A stretch of DNA of 64,000 nt from the human T2T-CHM13v2.0 reference genome, Homo sapiens, in the NCBI RefSeq assembly GCF_009914755.1, contig NC_060929.1. One strand, written 5' to 3'. Shown piece after piece: positions 44,801-58,326 of this stretch. The notes beneath the pieces were generated by a model, which was given only the letters and a program-made list of their open reading frames with translations, ran no database searches and was not told where the DNA came from. The first letter of the stretch is position 1. Every line of letters starts with the position of its first letter. The translations under genes were made by a program, and so were the position numbers.

Positions 44801-47800
44801 TCCTGCAGAAAGAGTGTTTCCAAACTGCTCTGTCAAAAGGAAGGTTCAACTCAATGAGTTGAATGCACACATCACAAAGATGTTTCTGATAATGCTTCTG
44901 TCTAGTTTTTATGTGACGGTATTTCTTTTTCCACAATAGAACTCAAAGTGCTCCAAATGTCCACTAGCAGGTTCCACAAAAAGAGAGCTTCAAAACTGCT
45001 CTATCGAAAGGAAAGTTCAACAATGTGAGTTGAATGCACACATCACAAAGAAGTTTCTGAGAATGCTTCTGTCAAGTTTTTATGTGAAGATATTCTAGTT
45101 TCCAACAAAGTCCTGAAATCGTTCCAAATATTCACTTGCAGATTCTATCGAAAGAGTGTTTCAAACTCCGTGAGCTGAATGCACACATCACAGATATGTT
45201 TCTGAGAATGCTTCTGTCTAGATTTTATGTGATGATATTTCCATTTCGAACATAGCCCTGAAAGCGCTACAAATGTCCACTTGCAGAATCCACAAAAAAG
45301 TGTTTCAAAACTGCACTATCGAAAGGAATGTTCAACTATGTGAGTTGAATGCACACATCACAAAGAAGTTTCTGAGAATGCTTCTGTCTAATTTTCAGGT
45401 GAAGATATTTCTTTATACACCATAGCCCTCAAAGATATCCAAATGTCCAATTGCAGATTCTACAAAAAGAGTGTTTGAAAACTGCTCTATCAAAGGGAGG
45501 GTTCTACTCTGTGACTTGAGTACACACAACACAAAGTAGTTTCTGAGAATTCTTCTGTCTAGTTTTTATGTGAAGATATTTCCTCTTCCATGATACTCCT
45601 CAAAGCGCTCCAAATGTCCGCTTACAGAATCTACAGAAAGAGTGTTTCAAAACTGCTCTATCAAAAGGAAGGTTCAACTCGGCGAGTTGAATGCACCCAT
45701 CACAAAGAAGTTTCTGAGAATTCTTCTGTCTAGCTTTTATGTGAAGATATTTCCTTTTCTTCCATAGGCCTGAAAACACTCCAAACGTCCGCTTGCAGAT
45801 TCCACAAAAAGAGTGTTTCAAAGCTGCTCTATCAAAAGGAAGGTTCAGCTCAGTGAATTGAATGAACACATCACAAAGAAGTTTCTGAGAATGCTTCTTT
45901 CTAGTTTTTACATGAAGATATTCCTTTTCCAATGAAGGCCTCAATCCCATCCCAATATCCACTTGCATATACTAAAAAAAGTGTGTTTCAAAACTGCTCT
46001 ATCAAAAGCAAGGTTGAAATCTGTGAGTTGAATGCACACATCACAAAGAAGTTTCTGAGAATTCTTCTGTCTAGTTTTTATGTGAAGATATTACCGTTTC
46101 TAACGAAGGCCTCAAGCTGGTACAAAGGTCCACTTGCAGATTCTTATAAAAAGAGTGTTTCAAAACTGCTCCATCAAAGGAAAGGTTCACCTCGCTGAGT
46201 TGAATGCACTCATCACAAAGAAGTTTCTTAGAATGTTTCTGTCTAGTTTTAATGTGAAGATATTTCCTTTTCCATGGTAGTCCTCAAAGTGCTCCAAATG
46301 TCCGCTTACAGAAACTACAGAAAGAGTGTTTCAAAACTGCTCTATCAATCAGAAGGAAGGTTCAACTCTGTGAGTTGAATGCTCCCATCACAAAGAAGTT
46401 TCTGAGAATTCTTCTATCTAGTTTTTATGTGAAGGTATTTCCTTTTCTACCCTAGGCCTGAAAGCACTCCAATTGTCTGCTTGCAGATTCCACAAGAAGA
46501 GTGTTTCAAAGCTGATCTATCAAAAAGAAGGTTCAGCTCTGTGAGTTGAATGGACACATCACAAAGAAGTTTCTTAGAATGCTTCTGTCTAGTTTTAATG
46601 TGAAGATATTTCCTTTTCCATGATACTCCTCAAAGCGCTCCAAATGTCTGCTTACAGAATCTACAGAAAGAGTGTTTCAAAACTGCTCTATCAAAAGGAA
46701 GCTTCAAATCAGCGGGTTGAATGCAACCATCACAAAGAAGTTTCTGAGAATTCTTCTGTCTAGTTTTTATGTGAAGGTATTTCCTTTTCTAACATAGGCC
46801 TGAAAGCTCTCCAAATGTCCGCTTGCAGATTCCACAAAAAGAGTGTTTCAAAGCTGCTCTATAAAAAGGAAGTTTCAGCTCTGTAAGTTGAATGGACACA
46901 CCACAAAGAAGCTTCTGAGAATGCTTCTGTCTAATTTTTATGTGAAGATATTCCCTTTTCCAACAAAGGTCTCAATCCGATCGAATATCCACTTGTATAT
47001 ACTAAAAAAACAGTGTTTCAAAACTGCTCTATCAAAAGAAAAGTTCAAGTCTGTGAGTTGAATGCACACATCACAAAGTAGTTTCTAAGAATGTTTCTGT
47101 CTAGTTTTTATATGAAGACATTTCTTTTTCTATGATAGGCCTCAAAGCACTCCAAATGTCCACTTGCAGATTCTACACAAAGAGAGTTTCAAAACTGTTC
47201 TATCAAAAGGAGTGTTCAGCTCTGTAAGTTGAACGCACACATCTCAAAGAAGTTTCTGAGAGTGCTTCTGTCTAGTTTTTATGTGAAGATATTCCCGTTT
47301 CCAAAGAAGACCTCAAACCGGTACACCTATCTACTTGCAGATTCCATAAAAAAGAGTGTTTCAAAACTGCTCTATCGAAAGCAAGCTTCAAATCTGTGAG
47401 TTGAATGCACACATCACAAAGAACTTTCTGAGAATGCTTCTGTCTAGTTTTTATGTGAAGATATTCCTCTTTCCAATGAAGGCCTCGAACCGGTCCAAAT
47501 ATCCATTTGCAGATTCTTAAAACAAGAGTGTTTCAAAACTGCTCTATCAAAAGGAGTGTTCAACTCTGTGAGTTGAATGCAAATATCACAAAGAAGTTTC
47601 TGAGAATGCTTCTGTATAGTTTCAATGTGAAGCTATTTCCTTTTCCATGATAGCCCTAAAGGGCTCCAAATGTCCGCTTGCAGATTCTACAAAAAGAGTG
47701 TTTCCAAACAGCTTTATCAAAAGGAAGGTTCAACACTGTGAGTTGAATGCACACACCACAAAGAAGTTTCTGAGAATGCTTCTGTCTAGTTTTAATGCGA

Positions 47801-50331
47801 AGGTATTTCCTTTTCTACAATACCCCTCAAAGCACTCCAAATGTCCACTTGCAGATTCCACAAAAAGAGTGTTTCAAAAGTGCTCTATCAAAAGGAAGGT
47901 TCAGCTCTGTGAGTTGAATGCACACATCACAAAGACGTTTCTGAGAATGCTTCTGTCTAGTTTTAATGTGAACATATTTCCTTTGCCATCATAACCCTCA
48001 AAGTACTCCAAATGTCCACTTGCAGTTTCTACACAAAGAGTGTTACAAAACTGCTGTATCAAAAGGAAGCTTCAACTCTGTGAATTGAATGCAAGCATCA
48101 CAAAGAAGTATCTGAGAATGCTTCTGTCTAGTTTTTATGAGAATATTATCCCGTTTCCAATGAAGGCCACAGAGCATTCCAAATATCCACCTGCAGATTC
48201 TACATAGCGTGTTTCAAAACTGCTCTACCAAATGGAAGTTTCAACTCTGTGACTTGAATGCACACATCACAAAGAAGTTTCTGAAAATGCTTCTGTCTAG
48301 TGTTTATGTGTATATGTTCCCATTTCCAATGAAGGCCTCAATCCGGTCAAAATATGCACTTGCAGATATTAAAAAAAGAGTGTTTCAAAATTATTCTATC
48401 AAAAGAAAGGTTCAAATCTCTGAGTTGAATGCACACATCACAAATAACTTTCTGAGAATGCTTCTGTCTAGTTTTTCTATGAAGATATTCCCTTTCCCAC
48501 CATCGCCCTCAAAATGCTCCAAATGTCCTCTTGCAGATTCTGCAGATAGAGTGTTTCAAAACTGCTCTATAAAAAGGAAGGTTCAACTCTTTGAGTTGTA
48601 TGCACACATCACAAGGAAGTTTCTGATAATGCTTCTATCTAGTTTTTATCTGAAGATATTTCCTTTTCCAACATCGCCCACAAAGTGCTCCAAATGTCCA
48701 CATGCAGATTCTGCAAAAGAGTGTTTCAAAACTGCTCTATCAAAATGAAGTTTCAACTCTGCGAGTTGAATGCACACATTGCAAAGAAGTTTCTAAGAAT
48801 GTTTCCATCATGTTTTTATGAGATGATATTCTCATTTCCAACGAAGGTCACAGAGCAGGCCATATATCCATTTGCAGATTGTTCAAAAAGAGTGTTTCAA
48901 AACTGTTCTATGAAAAGAAAGGTTCACCTCTGTGAGTTGAATGCACACATCCCAAAGAAGATTCTGAGAATGCTTCTGTCTAGTTTTCAACTGAAGATAT
49001 TTCCTTCTCCAGCATAGCACTCAACGCGCCCCAACTGTCCACTTGCAGTTTATACAAAAAGAGTGTTTCAAAAGTGCCCTATCAAAAGGAAGGTTCAACT
49101 CTGTGAGTTGAGTGCACATACCACAAAGAAGTTTCTGAGAATGCTTCTGTCTAGTTTTTATGTGAAGATATTTCCTTTTCCACCGTAGGTTTCAAAGCTC
49201 TCCAAATGTCCACTTGCAGATTCTACAAAAAGAGTGTTTCAAATCTGCTCTATCAAAAGAAAGGTTCAACTCTGTGAGTGGAATGCACACAACACAAAGT
49301 TGTTTCGGGAAAAGCTTCTGTCTAGTTTTTATATGAAGATATTTCCTTTTCTACCATAGGCCCCAAAGCACTCCAAATGTCCGCTTGCAGATTCTACACA
49401 AAGAGAGTTTCAAAACTGCTCTTTCAAAAGGAAGGTTCAGCTCTGTGAGTTGTATGCACACATCTCAAAGAAGTTTCTGAGAATGCTTCTGTCTAGTTTT
49501 TATGTGAAGATATTCCCGTTTCCAATGAAGGCCTCAAACCGGTACTGATATTCACTTGCAGATTCCATAAAAAGAGTGTTTCAAAACTACTCTATCAAAA
49601 GCAAGCTTCAAGTCTGTGAGTTGAATGCACACATCACAAAGAACTTTCTGAGAATGCTTCTGTCTAGTTTTTATGTGAAGATATTTCCTTTCACACCATA
49701 ACCCTCAAAGCACTACAAATGTCAAATTGCATATTCCACACAAAGAGAGTTTCAAAACTGCTCTATCAAAAGGAAGGTTCAAATCTGTGAGTTGAATGCA
49801 AACATCAGAAAGAAGTTTCTGAGAATGCTCTGTCTAGTTTTTGTGAGAATATAATCCCATTTCCAATGAAGGCCACAAAGCAGTCCAAATATCCCAAAAA
49901 GAGTGTTTCAAAACTGCTCTCCAGAAAGGAATGAAAACATCACAAAGAAGTTTCTGAGAATACTTCTGTCTAGTTTTTATGTGAAGATATTCCCGTTTCC
50001 AAAGAAGGCCTCAAAGCAGTCCATATATCCACTTGCAAATTCCACAAAAAGAGTGTTTCAAAACTGCTCTATCAAAAGAAAGGTTCAAGTCTGTGAACTG
50101 AATGCACACATCACAAAGAAGTTTCTGAGTATGCTTTTATCTAGTTTTTATATGAAGATATTTCCTTTTCCACCATAACCCTCAAAGCACTCCAATGTGA
50201 ACTAACATATTCTACACAAAGAGTGTTCCATAACTGCTCTGTCAAAAGGAAGGTTCAACCCTGTGAATTGAATGCGTACATCACCAAGTGGTTTCTGAGA
50301 ATACTTCTATCTAGTTTTTATGAGAAGTTAA

Positions 50332-50348
50332 TCCCGTTTCCAGCGAAC
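50332..50348 (-). promoter_or_regulatory. CENP-B box, core intact
   Basis: TCCCGTTTCCAGCGAAC. Confidence 0.72.
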
Positions 50349-51180
50349 GCCACAAAGCAGTCCAAATATCCGCTTGCAGATTCTGCAAAAGGAGTGGTTC
50401 AGAACTTCTCTATCAAAAAGAAGATTCAACTCTGTGAGTTTAATGCAAACATCAAAAAGAAGTTACTGAGAATGCTTCTGTCTAGTTATGACAACATATA
50501 CCCGTTTCCAATGAAGGCCAAAAAGCAGTCCAAATATCCACTTGCAGATTCTACAAAAAGAGTGTTACAAACCTGCTCTATCAAAAGGAAGGTTCAACTC
50601 TGTCAGTTGAATGCAAACATCACAATGAAGTTTCTGAGAATACTGCTTTCTAGTTTTAATGTGAAGATATTCCCGTTTCCAACAAAGGCCTCAAACCAGT
50701 TTAAATATCTACTTGCAGATTCGACAAAAAGAGTGTTTCAAAACTTCTCTATGAAAAGGAATGTTCAACTCTGCTTTGAATGCAAACATCACAAAGAAGT
50801 TCCTGAGAATGCATCAGTCTAGTTTTTATATGAAGATATTTCCTTTTCCACCATAGACCTCAAAGCTCTCCAAGTGTCCACTTGCAGATTCTACAAAAGT
50901 GTTTTTCAAAGCTACTCTATCAAAAGAAAGGTTCAACTCTGTGAGTAGAATGCACACAACACAAAGTAGTTTCTGAGAATGCTTCTGTCTAGTTTTCATC
51001 GGAAGATATTTCCTTTTCTACCATAGGCGTCGACGCATTTTAAATGTCCACTTGCAGATTCTACACAAAGTGTACTTCAAAACTGCTCTATAAAAAGAAA
51101 GGTTCATCTCTGTGAGTTGAATGCACACCTCAAAAAGAAGTTTCTGAGGATGCTTCTGTCTAGATTTTTTCATAAGATAT

Positions 51181-51197
51181 TCCCGATTCCAACGAAG
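51181..51197 (-). promoter_or_regulatory. CENP-B box, core intact
   Basis: TCCCGATTCCAACGAAG. Confidence 0.8.
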
Positions 51198-54100
51198 GCC
51201 TAAAACCAGTCCAAATATCCACTTGCAGATTCTAAAAAAAGAGTGTTTCAAAACTGCTCTATCGTAAGAAAGGTTCAACTCTATGAGGTGAATGCACACA
51301 TCAGAAAGAAGTTTCTGAGAATGCTTCTGTCTAGTTTCTATGTGAAGATAATTCCTTTTCCACCATCACCCTCAGAGCACTCCGAATGTCCACTTGCAGA
51401 TTCTGCAAATAGAGTGTTTCAAAACTGCTCTATCAAAAGGAAGTTTCAACTCTGTGAGTTGAATGCACACATCACAAAGAAGTTTCTGAGAAAGCTTCTG
51501 TCAAGTTTTTATGAGAAGCTATTACCGTTTCCAATGAAGGCCACAAAGCAGTCCAAATATCCACTTGCAGATTCTAAAAAACCAGTGTTTAAAAACTGCT
51601 GTATGAAAAGGTATGTTCAAATCTGAGAGTTGAATGCACACATCACAACAAAGTTTCTGAGAATGCTTCTGTCAAATTTTTATGAGGCAATATTCCCGTT
51701 TCCAATGAAAGTCACAATGCAGTCGAAATATCCACTTGCAGATTCTACAAAAAGAGTGTTTCAAAACTGTTGTAAGAAAAGGTATGTTCAACTCTGTGAG
51801 TTGAATGCAAACAACTCAAAGAAGTTTCTGAGAATGCTTCTGTCTAGTTTTTATGTGAAGATTTTTCCTTTTCCATCTTGGCCTCAAATAGCTCCAAATA
51901 TCCACTTGCAGATTCTACAAAAAGAGTGTTTCCAAACTGTTCTGTCAAAAGAAATGTTCAACTCTGTGGCTTGAATGCACACATCACACAGAAGTTTCTG
52001 AGAATGCTTCTGTATGGTTTTTATGTGAAGATATTTCCTTTTCCACCATAGCCCTCAAAACGCTCCAAATGTCCACTTGCTGATTCTTCAAAAAAAGTGT
52101 TTCATAACTTCCCTATAAAAAGGAAGTTTCAACTCTGTCAGTTGAATGCACACATCACAAAGAAGTTTCTGAGAATGCTTCTGTCTAATTTTTATGTGAA
52201 GATATTTCCTTTTCCACTGTAGACCTCAAAGCGCTCCAAATGTACACTTGCAGATTCTGCAAATAGAGTGTTTCAAAACTGCTCTATCAAAGGAAAGGTT
52301 CAAATCTGTGAGTTGAGTGCACATATCACAAAGAAGTTTCTGAGAATGCTTCTATCTAGTTTTTATGTGACGGTATCCTCGTTTCCATTGAAGGCCACCA
52401 GGCCCTCCAAATATCCACTTGCAGATTCTACGAAAAGAGCGTCTCAAAACTGCTGTGTTAAAAGGTATGTTCAAATCTGTGAGTTGAATGCACACATCAC
52501 AGCGAAGTTTCTGAGAATGCTTCTGTCAAATTTTTATGAGACAATGTTCCCATTTTCCAATGAAGGCCACAAAGCTGTCAAAATATCCACTTGCAGTTTC
52601 TACAAAAAGAGGGTTTTGAAACTGCTGTACCAAAAGGAAGGTTCAACTCTACAAGTTGAATGCACACATCACAAAGAAGTTTCTGAGAAAGCTTCTGTCT
52701 AGTTTTTATTTGAATATATTTCCTTTTCCACTTTGGCATCAAAGCTCTCCAAATATCCACTTGCAGATTCTACAAAAAGGAATGTTTCAAAGCTGCTCTA
52801 TCAAAGGAAAGTTTCAACTCTGTGAGTTGAATGCACATATCACAAATAAGTTTCTAAGAATGCTTCTTTCTAGTTTTTATGTGAGGATATTTCCTTTTCC
52901 ACCTTGGCCTCAAAGCGTTCCAAATGTCCATTTGCAGATACTACAAAAAGACTGTTTCAAAACTTTTGATAAAGCTATCAAAAGGAAGTTTCAACTCTGT
53001 GAGTTAAATGCAAACATCACAAAGTAGTTTCTGAGAATGCTTCTGTCTAGTTTTTATTGGAAGATTTTTCCATTTCCAATGAAGGCCTCAAACCGGTCCA
53101 AATAGCCACTTGCAGATTCCACAAAAAGAGTGTTTCAAAACAGCACTGTCAAAAGCAAGGTTCAACTCAGTGAGTTGAATGCACACATCACAAAGTAGTT
53201 TCTGATAATGCTTTGGTCAAATTTTTAAGAGAAGATATTCCCATTTCCAAAGAAGGCCACAACGCATTCCAAATATCCACATGCAGATTCTACAAAAAAA
53301 GTGTGTCAAAACTGCTCTAACAAAAGGAAGGCTCAACTCTGTGAGTTGAATGCAAATATCACAAAGAATTTCTGAGAATGCATTTGTCTAGTTTTTATGT
53401 GAAGATATTTCCTTTTCCACCATAGCCCTCAAAGTGCTCCAAATGTCCACTTGCAGATTCTACAAAAAGAGTTTCAAAACTGCTGTATCAAAAGTAAAGT
53501 TCATCTCTGTTAGTTGAATGCACGCATCACAAAGAAGTTTGTGAGAATGCTTCTCTCTACTTTTTATACGAAGATATTCCCATTTCCAACGAAGGTCTCA
53601 AAGCGGTCCAAATATCCTCTTGCAGATTCTACAAAAAGAGTGTTTCAAAACTGCTCTATGAAAAGGTATGCTCAACTCTGTGAGTTGAATGCAAATATCA
53701 CAAAGAAGTTTCTGAGAATGCTTCTATCTATTGTTTATGTGAAGATATTCCCTTTTCCAAAGAAGTCCTCAAACCGGTCCCAATATCCACTTGCAGATTC
53801 TTAAAAAAGAGTGTTTCAAAACTGTTCTATCAAAAGGAAGGATCAACTCTGTGAGCTGAATGCATGCATCACAAAGAAGTTTCTGAGAATGCTTCTATTT
53901 TTTTATTTTAAGATATTTCCTTTTCCACCATAGCCCTCACAGTGTTCCAAATGTCCTCTTACAGATTCTACAAAAAGATTGTTTCCAACCTGCTGTATAA
54001 AAAGGAAGATTCAACTCTTTGAGTTGAATGCACACATCACAAAGCAGTTTCTGAGAATGCTTCTGTCTAGTTTTTATCTGAAGATATTTCCGTTTCCAAC

Positions 54101-55587
54101 GAAGGCCTCAAAGCGGTCTAAATATCCACTTGCAGATTCTATAAAACCACTGTTTCAAACTTCTGTATCAAAAGGTATGTTTAAATCTGTCAATTGAATT
54201 CAATCATCACAAAGAAGTTTCTGAGAATGCTTCTTTCTAGTTTTTATGTGAAGATATATCCTTTTCCACCATAGGCCTCAAAGCTCTCCAAATGTCCACT
54301 TGCAGATTCTACAAAAAGACTGCTTCAAACTGGTCTATCAAAAGAAAGTTTCAACTCCTTGAGTTGAATGCGGAAAACACAAGTTAGTTTCTGAGAATGC
54401 TTCTGTCTAGTTTTTATATGCAGATATTTCCTTTTCTATCATAGCCTCTTAGCACTCCAAATGTCCACTTACATGTTATACAGAAAGAGGGTTTCAAACT
54501 TCTCTATCAAAAGAAAGGTTCAACTCTGTGAGTTGAATGCACGCAACACAAAGAAGTTTCAGAGAATGTTTCTGTCTATTTTTTATGTGAAGATATTCCC
54601 GTTTCCAATGAAGGCCTTAAATTGGTCCAAATATCCACTTGCAGATTCTAGAAAATGAGTGTTTCAAAACTGCTCTATCAAAAGAAAGTTTCAATGCTGT
54701 GAGTTGAATCCACATATCCCAAAGAAGTTTCTGATTATCCTTCTGTCTAATTTTTACGTGAAGAGATTTCCTTTTACACCATCGCCCTCAAAGTGCTCAA
54801 AATGTCCACTCTCAGATTGTACAAGAAGAGTACACTTTTCATAGGGCAGTTTTGAAACACTCTTTCTGTAGGAACAGCAAGTGGATATTTGGAGCGATTT
54901 GACATCTTCTTTGGAAAGGGAATATCTTCACATAAAAACTAGAGAGAAGCATTCTTAGAAACTTCATTGTGATGTTAGCATTCATCCCACAGGGATCAAC
55001 ATACCTTTTCAGAGAGCAGTTTTGTAACACTCTTTTCGTGAAATTTGCAAGTGGATATTTGGACCGTTTTGAGGCCTTCGTTGGAAACGTGATTATCTTC
55101 ACATAAAAATCAGACAGAAGCATTCTAAGAAAGCTTTTTGTGATGTTTGCATTCAACTCAGAGAGTTTAACAAACTATTTCATAGAGCAGTTTTGAAACA
55201 CTCTTTTTATAGAATCTTCAAGTGGATACTTGGACCACTTTGAGGCCTTCGTTGGAAACGTGACTATCTTCACATAAGTACTAGACAGAAGCATTCTCAG
55301 AAACTTCTTTCTGATGTGTTCATTCAACTCACAAAGTTGCACCTTCCTTTTGATAGAGCCATTTTGAAACACTCTTTTTTAGAATCTGCAAATGGATATT
55401 TGGAGCGCTTTGAGGCCTATGGTAGAAGACGAAATAACTTCATATAGAAACTAGACAGAAGCATTCTCAGAAACCTCTTTGTGATATGTGCATTCAACTC
55501 TCAGAGTTTAACCTTTATTTTGATAGAGCAGTTTTGAAACTCTCTTTTTGTAGAATCTGCAAGTGGATATTTAGACTGCTTTGAGGT

Positions 55588-55604
55588 CTTCGTTGGAAAC
55601 GGGA
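55588..55604 (+). promoter_or_regulatory. CENP-B box, canonical
   Basis: CTTCGTTGGAAACGGGA. Confidence 0.9.
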
Positions 55605-55929
55605 ATGTCTTCACATGTAAACTAGAAGGAAGCATTCTCAGAAACTTCTTTCTCATCTGTGCATTCAACTCAAAGATTTGAACCTTCCTTCTGATAGAGC
55701 AGTTTCAAAACACTCTTTTTGTAGAATCTGCAAGTGGACATTTGGATCTCTTTGAGGGCTATGGTGGAAAAAGAAATGTCTTTACATAAAAACCAGACGG
55801 AAGCATTCTATGAAACTTCTTTGTGATGTGTTCATTCAACTGACAGATTTCAACCTTCCTTTTGATAGAGCACTTTTGAAACACACTTTTTTTAGAATCT
55901 GCAAGTGGATAATTGCACCGCTTGTAGGA

Positions 55930-55946
55930 CTTCGTTGCAAACGGGA
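55930..55946 (+). promoter_or_regulatory. CENP-B box, core intact
   Basis: CTTCGTTGCAAACGGGA. Confidence 0.8.
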
Positions 55947-56440
55947 ATATCTTCATATAAAAAGTAGACAGAAGCATTCTCAGAAAATTGTTTGCCATGT
56001 TTGCATTCAACTCACAGTGCTGAACCTTCCTTTTGAAAGAGCAGTTTTGAAATACTCTTTTTGTAGAATGTGCAAGTGGATATTTGGACCGCTATAAGGC
56101 CTTTGTTGGAAACGGGAATATCTTCACATGAAACTAGACAGAAGCATTCTCAGAAATATCATTGTGATGTGTGCATTTAGCTTACAGGGTTGAACCTTTC
56201 TTTTGATACAGAAGTTTTGAAACACTCTTTTTGTAGGATCTGGAAGTGGACATTTAGAGCTCTTTGAGGACTATGGTGGAAAAGGAAATATCTTCATATA
56301 GAAACCAGACAGAAACATTCTCAGAAATTTCTTTGTGATGTTTGCACTCAACTCACAGATTTGAACACACATTTTGTAGAGCAGTTTTGAAACTGTGTTT
56401 TTGTAGAATCTGTAAGTGGATATTTGGACTGCTTTGAGGC

Positions 56441-56457
56441 CTTCGTTAGAAACGGGT
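56441..56457 (+). promoter_or_regulatory. CENP-B box, core intact
   Basis: CTTCGTTAGAAACGGGT. Confidence 0.78.
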
Positions 56458-58309
56458 ATATCTTCACATAAAAACTAGACAGAAGCATTCTCAGAAACTT
56501 CTTTGTGATGTGTGCATTCAAGTCACAGAATTGAACCATTGTTTCGATAGGGAAGTTTTGTAACACTCTTATTGTTGAATCTACACAGGGACGTTTTGAG
56601 CTCTTCGAGGTCTTCTGTGGGAAAGGAAGTATCTTCACATAAAAACTAGAAAGAAGCATTCTCAGAAACTTCTTTGTGATGTGTGCATTCAACTCAGCGA
56701 TTTGAACCTTCCTTTTTATAGAGCAGTTTTGAAACACTCTTTTTGTAGGATCTGCAAGTGGATATTTGGAGTGCTTTGAGCTCTGTCATGGAAAAGAAAA
56801 TATGTTCACAAAAAAACTAGACAGAATCCTTCTCAGAAACTTCTTTGTGATATGTGCATTCAACTCACAGAATTGAATCTTCGTTTTTGTAGAGCAGTTT
56901 TGAAACACACTTTTTTTACAATCTGAAAGTGGACATTTGGAGCTCTTTGAGGGCTCTGGTGGAATAGGAAATACCTTCACATAAAAACCAGAATGAAGCA
57001 TTCTCAGAAACTTCTTTGTGATTTGTGCTTTCAACTGACAGTGTTGAACATCCCTTTGGATACAGCAGTTTTGAATCACTCGTTTTGTAGTATCTGCAAG
57101 TAGATATTTGGACCGTTTTGAGGACATCGTTGGAAATGGGAATATCTTTATATAAAAACTAGACAGAAGCATTCTCAGAAACTTAGTTGTCATGTTTGCA
57201 TTCAACTCACAGAGTTGAATCTTTCTTTTGATAGAGCAGTTTAGAAATACTCCTTCTGTAGAATCTGCAAGTTGATATTTGGAGCACTTTGAGGCCTATG
57301 GTAGAAAAGGAAGTATCTTCATATAAAAACCAGACAGATCATTCTCAGAAACTCCTTTAAGATGTGAGCATTCAACTCACAGACTTTTACCTTTATTTTG
57401 ATAGAGCAGTTTTGAAAAGTTCTTTTGTAGAATCTGCAAGTGGATATTTAGACTGCTTTGAGGCCTTCATTGGAAACGGGAATATCTTCACATATAAACT
57501 AGAGAGAAGCATTCTCAGAAACTTCTTCCTGATTTGTGCATTCAACTCAGAGAGTTGAACCTTCCTTTTGATAGAGAAGTTTTGAAACACTCTTTTTGTA
57601 GAATCTGTAGAATCTGCAAGTAGACATTTGGAGCGCTTTGAGGCCTATGGTAGAAAAGGAAATATCTTCATATAAAAATTAGAAGCATTCTCAGAAACTT
57701 CTTTCTGATGTGTGCATTCAACTCACAGATTTGAACCTTCCTTTTTGTAGAGCACTTTCAAAACACACTTTTTTTAGGATCTGCAAGTGGATAATTGCAC
57801 CGCTTTGAGGACTTCCTTGGAAAAGGGAATATCTTTATATAAAAACTACACAGAAGCATTCTCAGAAAATTCTTTGTCATGTTTGCATTCAACTCAGAGA
57901 GTAGAAACTTCCTTTTGAAAGAGCAGTTTTGAATCACTCTTTTTGTAGAATGTGCAAGTGGATATTTGGACTGCTTTAAGGCCTTCATTGGAAACGGGAA
58001 TATCTTCACATATAAACTAGACAGAAGCATTCTCAGAAACTTCTTTCTGATTTGTGCATTCAACTCACAGAGTTGAACCTTCCTTTTGATAGAGAAGTTT
58101 TGAAACACTCTTTTTGTAGAATCTGCAAGTGGATATTTGGAGCGCTTTGAGGCGTATGGTAGAAAAGGAAGTATCTTCATATAAAAACTAGACAGAATCA
58201 TTTGAGACGTGAGCATTCAAATCACAGAGTTTAACCTTTATTTTGATAGAGCAGTTTTGAAACGACTATTTACAGAATCTGCAAGTGGATATTTAGACTG
58301 CTTTGAGGC

Positions 58310-58326
58310 CTTCGTTGGAAACGGGA
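58310..58326 (+). promoter_or_regulatory. CENP-B box, canonical
   Basis: CTTCGTTGGAAACGGGA. Confidence 0.9.

Larger units (their letters stand above)
35601..54831 (-). repeat. Alpha satellite, mostly mixed A/B monomers (SF5-like), with a layer-2 stripe near 36.2-37.3 kb
   Basis: Frequent TCCCGTTTCCAA(C/T)GAAGG-like boxes, CAAATGTCCAC and AAAAGGAAGGTTCAAC. Confidence 0.88.
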
